NCBI RefSeq assembly: GCF_006345805.1
Contig: NC_042997.1
Coordinates: forward strand, 209,684,001 to 209,748,000
Source: Octopus sinensis
Lineage: Eukaryota
Length of the DNA: 64,000 nucleotides
Direction: 5' to 3'
The translations under genes and the position numbers were made by a program. Under the pieces are notes generated by a model that made no database searches, was not told the origin of the DNA, and saw only the letters and a list, made by a program, of their open reading frames with translations. Of the stretch, positions 50,700 to 62,450 are shown one piece after another; position 1 is the stretch's first letter; every line of letters begins with the position of its first letter.

Positions 50700-51170
50700 G
50701 AAAGGTCACAACTCTGGTACTGCGGACATGGGAGTAGAATGCCATAGGGAAGAATTGCAAGACAAATTCTTCAAGCTGACCGAACCAGTTGAAAACTGGA
50801 GCATCCATGGCAACCTCCACCTGATGCGCTACATCATAGACAGGGTAGTTAAGGAACCTGGCATGGGTGGGGCCCTGATCAATTTGGATCAATCGAAAGC
50901 TTTCGATAGGGTAGACCATCGATACTTGGAGGCCGTCCTCAGAGCAGCTGGTTTTGGTACCGTCTTCCGTGGCTGGATAGCTGCTTTGTACAGAGGTATC
51001 CGTTCGGTAATTAACGTAAATGGACATCTATCGAGACCTTTCGACATTGCACGTTCGGTCCGTCTTGTCACTTCTCTACATATTGACTCTCGAGCCATTA
51101 TTGCGGAAGCTGGCAACTCTGAGGGGCATCCCGTGAGAATTGGGATGCAGGACGAGTGTGTCTGCATACT
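50700..51170 (+). mobile_element. L1/Tx1-clade reverse transcriptase fragment, internally deleted
   Basis: SIHGNLHLMRYII...LINLDQSKAFDRVDH...GFG..FRGWIAALY...FDIARSVR, then a frameshift to LYILTLEPLLRKL; the QGCP motif is missing. Confidence 0.85.
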
Positions 51171-51502
51171 CAGACGACCAAGAACGCAGTGGTTCGATAA
51201 TGTCCATGGACTGAGTTGCTTAGGAATCTGCTAGGAAAATGCAATGACTTGCTTTGGTTAGAATCTTATGCAGGAAGGACCTGAAGATTCTACCCCTTCT
51301 CAGAACCCTCCACCAGAGTAAAATAGTAATAAAGGGGCTCCTTAGATAGAAAAATGGTTGAGAATCATTGATCTGTGGAGTTCATCTGTCTGCTAGAAAT
51401 AGTAGCCAAATCTTCCTCAAATCGAATAGCACCTTACTGCTTTAAACAATGTTGGATAAATTGCATGATGTAGTCCAAGATATATTAAATTTAAAAAAAA
51501 AA

Positions 51503-51758
51503 ATGAGATGGTCATGGTTGGACTACTCTCCCTCTTAAGTCAGCTGGATCAGCACAGACCCTATCTCATCCCCTGCCCACACCTTGTTAACCATTGTTCA
51601 CCCTACAATTCTTTTCCAGATGTTCACCAAAGATGAGAGGGTCGTGGTTGGACTACTCTCCCTCTTAAGTCAGCTGGATCAGCACAGACCCTATCTCACC
51701 CCCTGCCCACACCTTGTTAACCATTGTTCACCCTACAATTCTTTTCCAGATGTCCACC
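51503..51758 (+). repeat. 130-bp tandem duplication that includes a LYST 3' splice site
   Basis: Copies start at 51503 and 51633; both contain CCCTACAATTCTTTTCCAG|ATGT(T/C)CACC. Confidence 0.92.
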
Positions 51759-51953
51759 CTGGCAGCAGTCCAAAGGTGATCAGTCTAGCACCAGTCACAA
51801 TGCAAGTGTCCAATCTATTACCGTGGCCACCCTACCAGAATGGCTTCAGTGTGTCACTATGGTTACAGCTTGGCGACGAGGTTCTACCTGACCAATGGAT
51901 TCCAGGAACCAGATCGAAGGAGAAGGTGATGCAGGATTCGACGGACATGTTTG
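51750..51953 (+). CDS. LYST: LYST exon (204 nt, phase 1 to 1): DVHPGSSPK...LPWPPYQNGFSVSLWLQL...DMF
   Basis: cttttccag acceptor and TTTG|gtgagt donor; GFSVSLW marks the start of a ConA/laminin-G-like region of BEACH proteins. Confidence 0.9.
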
Positions 51954-52376
51954 GTGAGTCAATAGAGCAACCTCATTCTCTTCTTTTGGTTTATCATCAT
52001 TGTCATCATCACCATCATCGTCATCATCATCACTGTCACTCTTTTCAGTTCTCTCCAAGAAAGATTTTGCATTTCTGTTTGGTGGCACATTAAAAGCACC
52101 AACCAATCGTGGCCGATGCCAGACTCCCCTGGCACCTGTGCGGGTGGCACGTAAAAAGCACCCACTACACTCGTGGAGTGGTTGGCGTTAGGAAGGGCAT
52201 CCAGCTGTAGAAACACTGCCAGATATGACTGGAGCCTGGTGCAGCCTTCTGGCTTCCCAGACCCTGGTCGAACTGTCCAACCCATGCTAGCATGGAAAAC
52301 GGACGTTAAACGATGATGATGAATTTTCTTACATTTTACCAAAATTCAATTTCCAAATGTTTTCTTAATTCTTCAG

Positions 52377-52542
52377 ACAATGGTGACCACCACAAGACCT
52401 GGTTGAGGTCGAATCTATCTCATCAGACCCCTGATGCAGCTTCTTACATTAGCAACGAATGTCTACACATTTTCTCTGTAGGCACAGAAGAAAAGATGTT
52501 TGAGATATGGGCTGACCCCTGCATTGGAACCCTTGTTGTCAG
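52377..52542 (+). CDS. LYST: LYST exon (166 nt, phase 1 to 2): DNGDHHK...LHIFSVGTEEKMFEIWADPCIGTLVVR
   Basis: ttcttcag acceptor and AG|gtttgt donor; matches human HIFSIG...VWADP. Confidence 0.92.
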
Positions 52543-52624
52543 GTTTGTTTCTCACTTTCTGTTTTTTTTTTTCAGTTACTAAGTCTGGTTATTCATGATG
52601 CCTTCAATATAATGCCAGCATCAT

Positions 52625-52800
52625 CATCGTTTTTGTTAGCCTTGGGCCTCATGGAGGCAAAGTGGCTGAGGTCCTTTCGAGTGTTGAACCTCATGGAGGC
52701 AAAGTGGCCGAGTTCCTTTCGAGTGTTGAGCCTCATGGAGGCAAAGTGGCTGAGTTTCTTTCGAGTGTTGAGCCTCACGGAGGCAATGACCGAGACCTTT
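52625..52800 (+). repeat. 42-bp tandem repeat (about 3.5 units) derived from the RTE ORF end
   Basis: CCTCATGGAGGCAAAGTGGCYGAGKTYCTTTCGAGTGTTGAR repeated. Confidence 0.85.
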
Positions 52801-53859
52801 GGCATTATGTCATGCTTGAGAAGAAGACCCATCAAGCTGAGCAAAATCGCAGTTGTGACAGATACTGGTGCCACTCAAATGGCACCTGTGCTGTGGCATG
52901 TAAAAGCACCCATTACACTCTCAGAGTGGTTGGTTTTAGGAATGGTATCCAGCTGTAGAAAACCATGCCAAATCAGGAGTCTGGTGCAACCTTCCAGCTT
53001 GCCAGCCATGGTCAAACTATTCAACCCATGCCAGCATGGACAACAGATACTAAATGATGATGATGATTCATTTTCCATGTTTGCATGCATTGGGGGCAGA
53101 GTTCATCATAGAGGTGGATTTTCTACCCCTGGATGTCCTTCCTGTTGCCAAAGTAATGTTTTTCCCATGTCTAGACACATTTTTCAAAGAAAACTGGAAA
53201 CAACAAAGAAGACTGCAAATAAGATCGCTTGTATGACAAGGACGTTCATTTACAACCATCACATGATGTCAAGACAAGGATGGACACACACACACACACA
53301 CACACACTAATACTGAACTGTGAGAATGAGTGTTCAACACCACGTTGGTAGATAAATACTCACAAGGCTTTGGTCGGCTCGAGGCTATAGTAGAAGACAC
53401 TTCCCCAAGGTGCCACGCAGTAGGACTGAACCAGGAACCATGTGGTTGGTAAGCAAGCTACTTACCACACAGCCACTTCTGCATCTGATGTCAACTTTGA
53501 CATGGTTCCTACAGCTGGGAGACCTTCCTAATACCAACCGCTTTACACATTGTATTGGGTGCACTTTTTGTGCCACCAGCACTGGGGAGGTCACCAATTA
53601 ACTTGTAAGACAGAAAATAACCGGAAAGAGAAAAGCCTCTGTAACTAAGTACATGGGTGGGTATTTGAGAGGGGGTGGGGAGGTGGTTTTTATGTCCGAT
53701 GTTCAGAGGCTAAAGTATGACTGAAGGACAGGAATGGGTGTCTTGCTGCAGAGAAGATACCTGTCACTCATTCACTCCAGTTTTAATCACTGTTTGTCGA
53801 AATATCAAAGACATAACAATTGACACTCCCTTCCTCCTCCACATATATATTTATATTTT

Positions 53860-54535
53860 ATTTGAACATTGGGCTTCATAGTGGCAATGACAGGAGACCG
53901 GGACCTTTGGAGATACGCTGTGATTGAGAAGACCCAGCAACTAAAGTGAGATCGCAACCAGGCATGTCCAGCCCTGTTAAGAATACCCCTGATGCATCAG
54001 GTGATATGATATACTTGAGAAGACCTGTTGAGTCGAGTAAAACCAATATTGTAGCTGTGGCCAGTGCCCCCTGACTGGCTACCGTGCCATTGGCATGTAA
54101 AAAGCACCATCCAAATGTGGTCGATGCCAGGTCCACCTGACTTGCTCCTGTGCCAGTAGCAAGTAAAAAGTACCAACTGAACCATGGCCAATGCCAGTAC
54201 CCCCAGACTGGCTCCTGTGTCGGTGGCATGTAAAAAGCACCTTCCAAATGTTTGTTGATACCAGGTCTGCCTGCCTGGCTCTCGTACTAGTGGCACGTAA
54301 AAAGCACCATCCGAACTTGATCAATGCCAGGTCCACCTGACTGGCTTTTGTGCCAGTGGCACATAAAAAGCACCTACTACACTCTTGGAGTGGTTGGTGT
54401 TAGGAAGGGCATCCAGCTGTACAAACCTTGCCAGATCAGATTGGAACCTGGTGCAACCGCTGGCTCTTGAGACCTCAGTCAAACCATCCAACCCATGCCA
54501 GCATGGAAAACAGACGTTAAACGATGATGCTGATG
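53860..54535 (+). mobile_element. RTE-derived tail element with internal array of about 60-bp units
   Basis: Begins in the RTE ORF-end sequence, has about 6 CTGACTGGCTCC..GTGCC..GGCAC.TAAAAAGCACC units, and ends GACGTTAAACGATGATG. More than 20 related copies, e.g. 10490-11110, 14860-15325, 50085-50568, 61870-62330, 32965-33378(-), 48290-48665(-). Confidence 0.8.
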
Positions 54536-54696
54536 TCATGTTACATCTATGGAAGAACTTTTGATCACTTGGGACTGCTGGATAAATAAATGAATTAAGC
54601 TGACCTTTGGCAATGATTTATCCTGGAACTATGGGATTCCAAGAGTTTGCTGCTGCTGCTACTTTTAATTGTAATTTTTTTTTTTTTTAATTTCAG

Positions 54697-54832
54697 ATTA
54701 ACTAGTTTGGCGTCAGGTAGTACAGTCATCCTGAAAGAATGTTCTGCTCCAAGCTTACTCAACACGAATCGGTGGCACCACTTGATATTGCAGTATCGTG
54801 AAGTCCTTGATGAAAACATCCTGTCAGGAAAG
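54697..54832 (+). CDS. LYST: LYST exon (136 nt, phase 2 to 0): LTSLASG...RWHHLILQY...LSGK
   Basis: Poly-T tttcag acceptor and AAG|gtaaga donor; resembles human KWQHLVLTY. Confidence 0.92.
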
Positions 54833-54999
54833 GTAAGAACTGTCTGTCGGCACCTCTTTGAAAGTTTTACTCAAGACACTCGCCTCACCTGAAGGCATTC
54901 TTCCCATCTGATGACAGTTACCTGGTCTGAAGACTCTTGCCTTGCCTGACTAAACACATTTGTTTTAACTGACTTACCTGTATGTTGTATCTGTTTCAG

Positions 55000-55174
55000 G
55001 TTTCCATTGTGCTGGATGGCTGGTGGTCTCAGGAAATGGTATTGGATCATTCCAGAGACATTCGTATGACCCAGCTAGAACCGACTGTCTACTTGGGACA
55101 CACAAGGAATTACAGGAACCATTTGCTTAATCGCAAGAAGTCTTGGTATCTTGGTCCACTCATGCTTTTTAAAG
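55000..55174 (+). CDS. LYST: LYST exon (175 nt, phase 0 to 1): VSIVLDG...VYLGH...WYLGPLMLFK
   Basis: gtttcag acceptor and AAAG|gtactc donor; resembles human MIGH...WDLGNLLLFNG. Confidence 0.92.
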
Positions 55175-55294
55175 GTACTCTTGTTGTTCTTGTCTTAAAA
55201 GATCTGCTTCCATCTCTGATCTCTTGACCTTAACTGCTCTCCTCTTCTCTAAAAATGTTGTCTGAATTCTTTTATTATTTCTCTCATTCTTCAG

Positions 55295-55488
55295 GTGCTA
55301 ACTTATCCCAAGAGATCTGCTTTCATCTCCATGCTCTTGGCCCCAACTGTTCCTCAATCAGCAAGTGTGACTGTTCTGAGCAGGCGGCATCTTATATTCC
55401 TCAACTGTTCAAGAATGTTGTTTGTTTCTCTGGAGTTTCCACAGACACTTTGGTTGGCATCAATCAAGTAAATCTGGACACTGCTAGA
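55295..55488 (+). CDS. LYST: LYST exon (194 nt, phase 1 to 0): ANLSQEICFHLHALGPN...LDTAR
   Basis: ttcttcag acceptor and AGA|gtaagt donor; resembles human EAFYLYACGPN. Confidence 0.92.
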
Positions 55489-55663
55489 GTAAGTTCCTTT
55501 GATGATTCTTGTGTTCAAGAAATTCCTATTTTCTTAAATCTACAAAGACTTCTTCCAAGATGCAGTCTGGGGTATAATTTCTCTCCCTTGTCACCACTTC
55601 CTTAAAGTTGCCTAGTTTCTCCATAACTTCAATATCTAATGTCTTAACAGCAGCAGCAGCAGT

Positions 55664-56040
55664 GCAGGCGCAATGGCCCAGTGGTTAGGGCAGTGGATTC
55701 GCAGTCGGAGGATCGCGGTTTCGATTCCCAGACCGGGCGTTGTGTGTGTTTATTGAGCGAAAACACCTAAAGCTCCACAAGGCTCCGGCAGGGGGTGGTG
55801 GCGACCCCTGTTGTACTCTTTCCCTCCAACTTTCTCTCACTCTTTCTTCCTGTTTCTTGTCCCCAACTTCCTACGCAACCGCTGAGCCTGGATGTGCATT
55901 CATCCATCCGTCGATGCTCTCGGTGTCGGGGGTTGACCTGCTTTCTCTTCTGTGGGTCTTACGAATAGCAAAGGACCACGTTTCGGACTTCTCCCACTAC
56001 ACTGGGACGAAGACCGCTTTGCCCAACAAACAAACAAGCA
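55664..56040 (+). mobile_element. tRNA-derived SINE (head family D, tail type 1)
   Basis: Colinear with 565-965; ends in (AAAC)n. Confidence 0.85.
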
Positions 56041-56368
56041 ATAGCAGTTGTTACAAGATCTAAATCACAGCAACATACTTTGGAGGAGAAAAACAGGGTG
56101 TATTAAAGAGTGAGGTAAAACATGAACTTTGGTTTTGGAAGTATCATTGTTGTAATGTCTGCTTTTCCATGCTTGCAAGAGTCAAATGGAATTCATTGAG
56201 GCAGATTTTTTTGTGGCTGGGTGCCCTTCCTGTCACCAACCCTCGCCTGTTTCCAAGGAAGGTAAAATTTCCCTCCATGGCCAGACATGTGTTCATGGAA
56301 GATTGGAAATGGATACCACATGCATGACCTTGATGCTCATTTCCATCTATCACACGTACTTACACATG

Positions 56369-56409
<41 letters not shown>

Positions 56410-56886
56410 CATTATCATCGGTTAATGTCCATTTTCCATGCTGGCAGTTTGACTGAAGACTGGTAAGCCAGGAGGCTGCACAAGGCTCCAATCTGATCTT
56501 GCAAGCTTTCTACAGCTGGATGCCCTTCCTAATGCCAACCACTCCGAGAATATAGTGGGTGCTTTTACATGCTACTGGCATGAGGGTCAGTCAAGTGGCA
56601 CTGGCATCTACCATGCTTAAACTGTGCTTTTTATGTGCCACTGGTATGGGAACCAGTCAGGCGGTACTAGCATCGACCACGCTCAAATGGTGCTTTTTAC
56701 ATGTCACCAGCACAGGAGCCAGTCAGGTGGCACTGAGATTGACCATGTATATATATAAAGCTTTGTTCAGGATAGCATTGAAGCAATACTGTTTAATGTC
56801 CCGGTAATTATTCTGTTCTACCATGTTGTTGCTGTCATTCCTTGCTTCTTTGATTCTAATTCTGGAATTTCTTTCCGTTTCCACAG

Positions 56887-57162
56887 AACAACCTAATTCT
56901 AATCTACAACCCACAACACCCGAAATTGTTTAGCCTTTACTGTGCTGGTGGATCATCCCAGCTTCCAAACTCCCTCGGGCTCACCCTTGGAATATTGCCA
57001 CCTTCCATGATCCAGTCCAGGGATCTCCTTGAACAACATCCATTGGTTGTACCGGTCAAGGTGGCACCATCCCTGGAGATTTTGGCTTGCTTCAAGAATT
57101 GTCTGGAACAATCAGCTGAAGAAATGGGAGGAATAAACGTATTTATGTTCCTTGTTGCAAAG
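56887..57162 (+). CDS. LYST: LYST exon (276 nt, phase 0 to 0): NNLILIYNPQHP...EEMGGINVFMFLVAK
   Basis: tttccacag acceptor and AAG|gtgagt donor; resembles human EIGGTGIFVFLFAR. Confidence 0.92.
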
Positions 57163-58290
57163 GTGAGTATGCGGGGGAAAGTGGACTTGTCCATGTAGAG
57201 AGGTGGGGGTGTAGAAGAATGAACAAATGTGTTGAGTGGAGCAGTGGAAGAGAATGGACAAATTGATGTAGAGAGATATACAGGATGGTTGATGCGTAGC
57301 TCCCTATTTTAAAATACTTATAAATTATTTATTAATTAAAATTTTTTTCTCATTTTTTTTCTTTGTATTTGTTTTTTGAGGTATGAGAATTTATTCTTTA
57401 ATTATCGAAATCGATCAAAAATCAATGGAAATTGTAGTTGTGATACCAGTGCCGGTGGCACATAAAAGAACCATCCGAATGTGGCCGTTGCCAGCGCCGC
57501 CTTGACTGGCCTCCATGCTGGTGGCACGTAAAAAGCACCAACCGATTGTGGTCGTTACCAGCCTTGCCTGGCACATAAAAAGCACCCACTACACTCTCAG
57601 AGTGGTTGGCATTAGGAAGGGCATCCAGCTGTAGAAACACTGCCAGATCAGACTGGGCCTGGTGCAGCCTCATGGAAAGCGGACGTTAAACGATGATGAT
57701 GATGATGATGATGATGATATATTGCTCTTATCATTCACAAATGACCGAATGCCCGCTTACCCAGGAGATGGACGCGTCATTGTTGTCCGCATGAATGGTC
57801 AGCCAAAATGGTTAAAGAAACAAGTCTGCCGTACCAAACGAAAGACTTTGGAAGAACTTGAAGGGCGAATACGAGAAGTTATAAGTCTTTCCATCACATC
57901 GGAGTTCCTGGTGCAATCAGTTGATGCAATTCCTGGGAGACTCAAAAAGCTGGTGGCGACATCTGGAGCCCATATTGAATTTTAAATAAAACCCCATACT
58001 AAAAGCTTTCTTCTCATATCCATTTTCTCGTAAAAATTACAATTAATAAATAATTTATAAGTATTTTAAAATGGAGTTACTTTCCAGTTGCCCTGTAGAG
58101 AGAATGGACTGGTCCATATTGAGAGGTGTGGAGAGAATGAACTGGTTCTTGTGCAGAGTAGGTGTGAAGAAAATGGATTGGTCTATGTAGAGGGGTGCAA
58201 AGAGAGTGGATTAGTCCATATCGAGAGACCGTGTGAAGAGGATGAGCTGATCCATTTAGAGAGGAATTGTGGAGAGAATGGTAAAAGAGA
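57163..58290 (+). repeat. Degenerate minisatellite with a unit of about 36 bp, split by the Tc1 element
   Basis: Units resembling GAGAGAATGGACTGGTCCATATAGAGAGGTGT occur on both sides of 57281-58095. Confidence 0.6.
57281..58095 (+). mobile_element. Internally deleted Tc1/mariner element with a nested RTE tail
   Basis: TA TSDs at 57279-80 and 58096-97; TIRs share TTTTAAAATACTTATAAATTATTTATTAATT; transposase C-terminus WLKKQVCRTKRKTLEELEGRIREVI...GAHIEF; RTE tail inserted at about 57405-57717. Confidence 0.85.
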
Positions 58291-58680
58291 ATAGATTTAG
58301 GATCAGACCAGTACATCATTGCAGCAGGCTGTTCCAGTGATTGTTATGTATTATTTGGATAATAGGCAGCAAAAACCTCCCACATTTTACAGGTTAACAA
58401 ACGTTTTTAACTGTAAAAGCTTGGTGTGCCCCAGTTCAAACTATGATGGTGACTGAAAAATAAATGGTAAAACATCAGCTACATGAAGACCCCGTTACAT
58501 ACCATTAACCTCTCTGGCATCAAAACAATGGCTGTGTAAAATAGGGGAGGTTTTTCTGCTATTCTTACCATTATCATGGCCCTTTCAACAAACCCCTCCA
58601 CAGGTACTACTACCATCACCACCATCCCCATCACAACTGCCTCGCCTACCATCCTCACCACCAATCATCACTACCACCAC

Positions 58681-58715
<35 letters not shown>

Positions 58716-58861
58716 CACCACCATCACCATCCCCATCACAACTGCCTCGCCTACCATCCTCACCAATCATCACTACTACTACTACTAATACTACTACTAC
58801 TTCCACCACCACCACCACTGTATATGAACTACCACTGTGGCTTTATTTTATATAATTACAG

Positions 58862-59089
58862 GTATTTGAAAAGTGCCGGCTCCCTTCAGATGACAGCGAT
58901 CAGGGATTGAACTTGTTACAGATGCGGCAAGACATGGAAAAACTGCAGGCGTCGGCCCTAAACCTTCTGTTCCAAATGATCAAACAAGTACCGTCAATGT
59001 GTCTGCAGTATATGGAATCTCAAGGAGATCGGATGATTTCCAGAGTCTTGGAAACTTCAAGAAGTTTAATTTCTTTCCGTATTTTAAAG
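58862..59089 (+). CDS. LYST: LYST exon (228 nt, phase 0 to 0): VFEKCRLPS...LQASALNLLFQMIK...ISFRILK
   Basis: ttacag acceptor and AAG|gtaatt donor; resembles human TQALALRVILSLIK...VGFYILK. Confidence 0.9.
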
Positions 59090-59772
59090 GTAATTAGCTT
59101 AATGGGTTTTAATTAATTTGTTAATTAGTTCTTCTGGTGAAAGTGGTGCTTATTTAACCCTTGGTTAAGCCTCAATGAGCAGGCTTTGATCAGATACATT
59201 CCAGCAGTGACCATCATGTCCTTTGGATCAGACATTGTCTATCTGGTACCAAGATATCTAATGTAACCTCCCTCTCATTAAGATGATAGAAAGTGATATA
59301 AAGGAAATTTGACTGCCATTTCTAGCAGGTTGGGTGGTTGCATAATCTTGTGGTCTTTTAGCCCCTGGTTAGCCCTTTATGACCACCACAAGATCCAGTC
59401 CTTGTTGTGATATGATGACTGGAATGCTTCAGTGACCTAGAGAGCCATGCTACGGGAGTGCAGGTCTCTGGTAGGGGTCGCCCATGCTGGACAAGTCAAA
59501 GATTAGGGGCCAGACCAATATGGACCACATCTTCTGAGAGTTTTTGTATAGAGCCAATATCCCCTACCTAGACAATTCAAAGGCAGCAAGGCCTGGGAGA
59601 TGAGGGGCTTCTCTAAGTGGGAGGCGAGGGTTCTGGGGCAGAACCGGAAAAGGCTGGATTCAGCTGGAAAGAAGCAGAAAAGATAGCTTAGAGTTGAAGA
59701 CAGTGGAGAAAGTTGTTGATGGATTATGCTCCACAGGGATCGAAGGGCTTAAGTATCCCCTTTCGGCAGACC

Positions 59773-59813
<41 letters not shown>

Positions 59814-60854
59814 GCGTGGCTGTGTGGTAAGCAGCTTGCTTCCCAACCACATGGTTCCCAGTTCAGTCCCATTGTGTGGCACTTTGGGCAAGTGTCAAGT
59901 GTTGTCTACTATAGCCTTGGGCTGACCAAACCCTTGTGAGTGGGTTTGGTAGACGGAAACTGAAAGAAGCCTATTGTATATATATGGATATATTTATGTG
60001 TGTGTGTTTCTGTCTGTCCCCTGCCCCACTGCCACCACCATTGCTTGACAACCAATGTTGGTGTGTCTACATCCCCGTAACATAGCAGTTTGGCAAAAGA
60101 AACCAATAGAATAAGTACCAGGCTTACAAAGAATAAGTCCTGGGGGTCAATTGTTCAACTAAAAGCAGTGCTCCAGCATGACCCCAGTCAAGTGACTGAA
60201 ACAAATAGAAGAGTAAAATATATATATTTATATTCCCCTTCTTGTACCTCGATGGCACCTGCTGACTTCTCATTGCTCCCATCCTTTCTCCCTTTCCAAC
60301 AGGGGTAGACATGTATTCCCCTCAACACCAAACACCTGTGCTTGTCCCTCTATCACACTTTAGCCCCTCAACTACTAGCGTAGCTAGAGTATGTGCTGCC
60401 TGGGGTGGCCCTTCCGTTTGCCGCCCTCAGACCCCACAAAAAACACATATTGCCTACAACAGGATGACGAATGCTGCCCCTTTAAAAGTGCCTTCCGGAG
60501 TGAACCGCCCTTACCCCTGCCTGCTATGCTAGTGCTCTCAACACCTGACATAAAGCCACCTCTCTCAGTTCTTCACCCCTGACTCTTTCAAAGAGCCTTG
60601 GCTGGTGATTTGCTTGATCCCACTGGTGCTGATGCTTCAAAAGAAGTACTCAATACAGTACAAAATGTTACAAATTGCATCCATCCAAAGAAATCCTGTC
60701 AAAGCAGACCTTGGAGCATTAAGTGGTCCTTCAACTCATTGGATCCTGTCGTTTTGTCCAACCCAAACCTGCAGGGAAAGTGGTCATTAAATGGTAAATG
60801 ATGATGATGAGGAGGATAATTTCAACTTGTACATCTTCTAATTGTTCAATGTAG

Positions 60855-61136
60855 GTGCTACTGGATGCTGCTACCACAGAATCCGTGATGAGATTCGATT
60901 CTCAGTTAAACACTTACATCATAAAAGAGCAAACGTTGGCCATTGTCCAGAATATGTCTGTTATTGAGAATCTTCTACTGAGGTGGAGAATTTGGACCAG
61001 AGGTCCGTCGTCTGTGATGGAATTACTCTTCAAAGCCCTTGAGTGTTTGGTCAGAGATGACCATCCACATCAAATGTTCAACATTAAACAATATCAAGCT
61101 GGAAACTTTGTACAACGAGTCTTTCTTATGTATCAG
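60855..61136 (+). CDS. LYST: LYST exon (282 nt, phase 0 to 0): VLLDAATTE...WRIW...DHPHQMFNIKQ...MYQ
   Basis: aatgtag acceptor and CAG|gtgagt donor; strong match to human LLDWKIW...DHHQQMFNIKQ. Confidence 0.95.
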
Positions 61137-61277
61137 GTGAGTAGAAACTTCTTTCAGGTGTTAGTATGAAGTGTGTGTGTGTGTGTGTGTGCATGCATAC
61201 ATGCAAAAGTATGAGCTTGTGTGTTTATGACAGAGAGAGACAGACAGACAGACAACTATTTCAAGTAATATAATGAA

Positions 61278-61584
61278 CTAGCAGTATCGCCCAGCGTTGC
61301 TCGGGTTTGTAAGGGAAATAATTATATAAGCATTTTTAGAGAGTTACATCCCTTATATAACCCGAGCAAAAATCATAAAAAATGCGGAAAAATGATGGTA
61401 AATTTTTTTTTAAATCGTAGACTCATCGTAGACGCGCGCTAATACCCAGAAGGGCTCGATATGAATAACGACTATAAGATACCCACTTTTGGTTAAACTG
61501 CACCGCAAAATGTGGGAGTAGTTAGGAATCTAAATCGGAGGAGACAGAGTCTCACACACACAACTTCAATTTTATATATAAAGA
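61278..61584 (-). mobile_element. Short non-autonomous Helitron, related 3' end
   Basis: Minus strand reads A|TCTTTATATATAAA...CCCGAGCAACGCTGGGCGATACTGCTAG|T; shares about 120 bp at the 3' end with 1928-2308. Confidence 0.78.
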
Positions 61585-62450
61585 TGTCTGTATGTCTGTG
61601 TGTCTTGTCATTACCTTCATCAAAAGGATTAATGTCCATTTTTCCCAATTCTGTTCTGAATTTTACAGGTTTGTAGCATATTCTCTGTCTGTCTGTCTGT
61701 CTCTCTTTACTATGTTCCTCCTTTAATTTCTTTGAGATTCAGCCTTAACCATTTTGTCTGGATCTGTACCAATCATACAAGTGAGATTGTTCATTTCCAG
61801 TCTTCTGTGGAAAAACATGTCAGACCATAGTGAGATATCACCTTTCTTGGAAACAGGTTATGGCTAGTGACAGGAAGGGCATCCAGCTGTCGAAAATTTG
61901 CTTTGAGTCAAGTGAAATTGTTGTTGTGGCTGATGCCAGTGCTGCCTGACTGGCACCCGTGCTGGTGGCACAGAAAATGCTCCATTTGAGCATGCCTGAT
62001 ACCAGTGCTAGTGGCATGTAAAAGGCACTATTTGAGTGTGGTCAATGCCAGTGTCACTTGACTGGCTTCCGTGCCAGTGGCACATGAAAAGCACCATTTG
62101 AGTGTGGTTGATGCCAGTGCCACCTGACTGGCCCTCGTGCCAGTGGCACATAGAAAGCACCCTCTAAACTCTCGGAGTGGTTGGCATTAGGAAGGGCATC
62201 TAGCTGTAGAAATTTTGCCAGGTCAGATTGGAGCCTGGTGCAGCCTTCTGGCTCTCCAGTCCTCACTCAAACCGTCCAACCCATGCCAGCATGGAAAGTG
62301 GACGTTAATCAGTGATGATGATGATGATATTAACAGATAGCATTAGGACGTGTGATTGTGAAGGTCCCACCATTGGCTGTTTTCTTACATTTCCACCAAT
62401 GTTTGTCACTACATCTTTAACATTTCCTTTTCTTGTCTGTTCGTCCACAG

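Noticed and set aside
52612-53310. 232-aa ORF with 14-aa repeats
   Set aside because: A 42-bp tandem repeat running into an RTE tail; the frame stays open because the unit length is a multiple of 3. The recurring FLQLDALPNANH peptides elsewhere also come from this repeat family.
53990-54370. Regularly spaced repeats resembling a CRISPR array
   Set aside because: Units are degenerate along their whole length with no unique spacers, lie inside a eukaryotic retroelement tail, and have no cas genes nearby.
59400-59700. Possible RTE 5' UTR with an HDV-like ribozyme
   Set aside because: Only a loose remembered resemblance; I could not build the nested double pseudoknot by eye.
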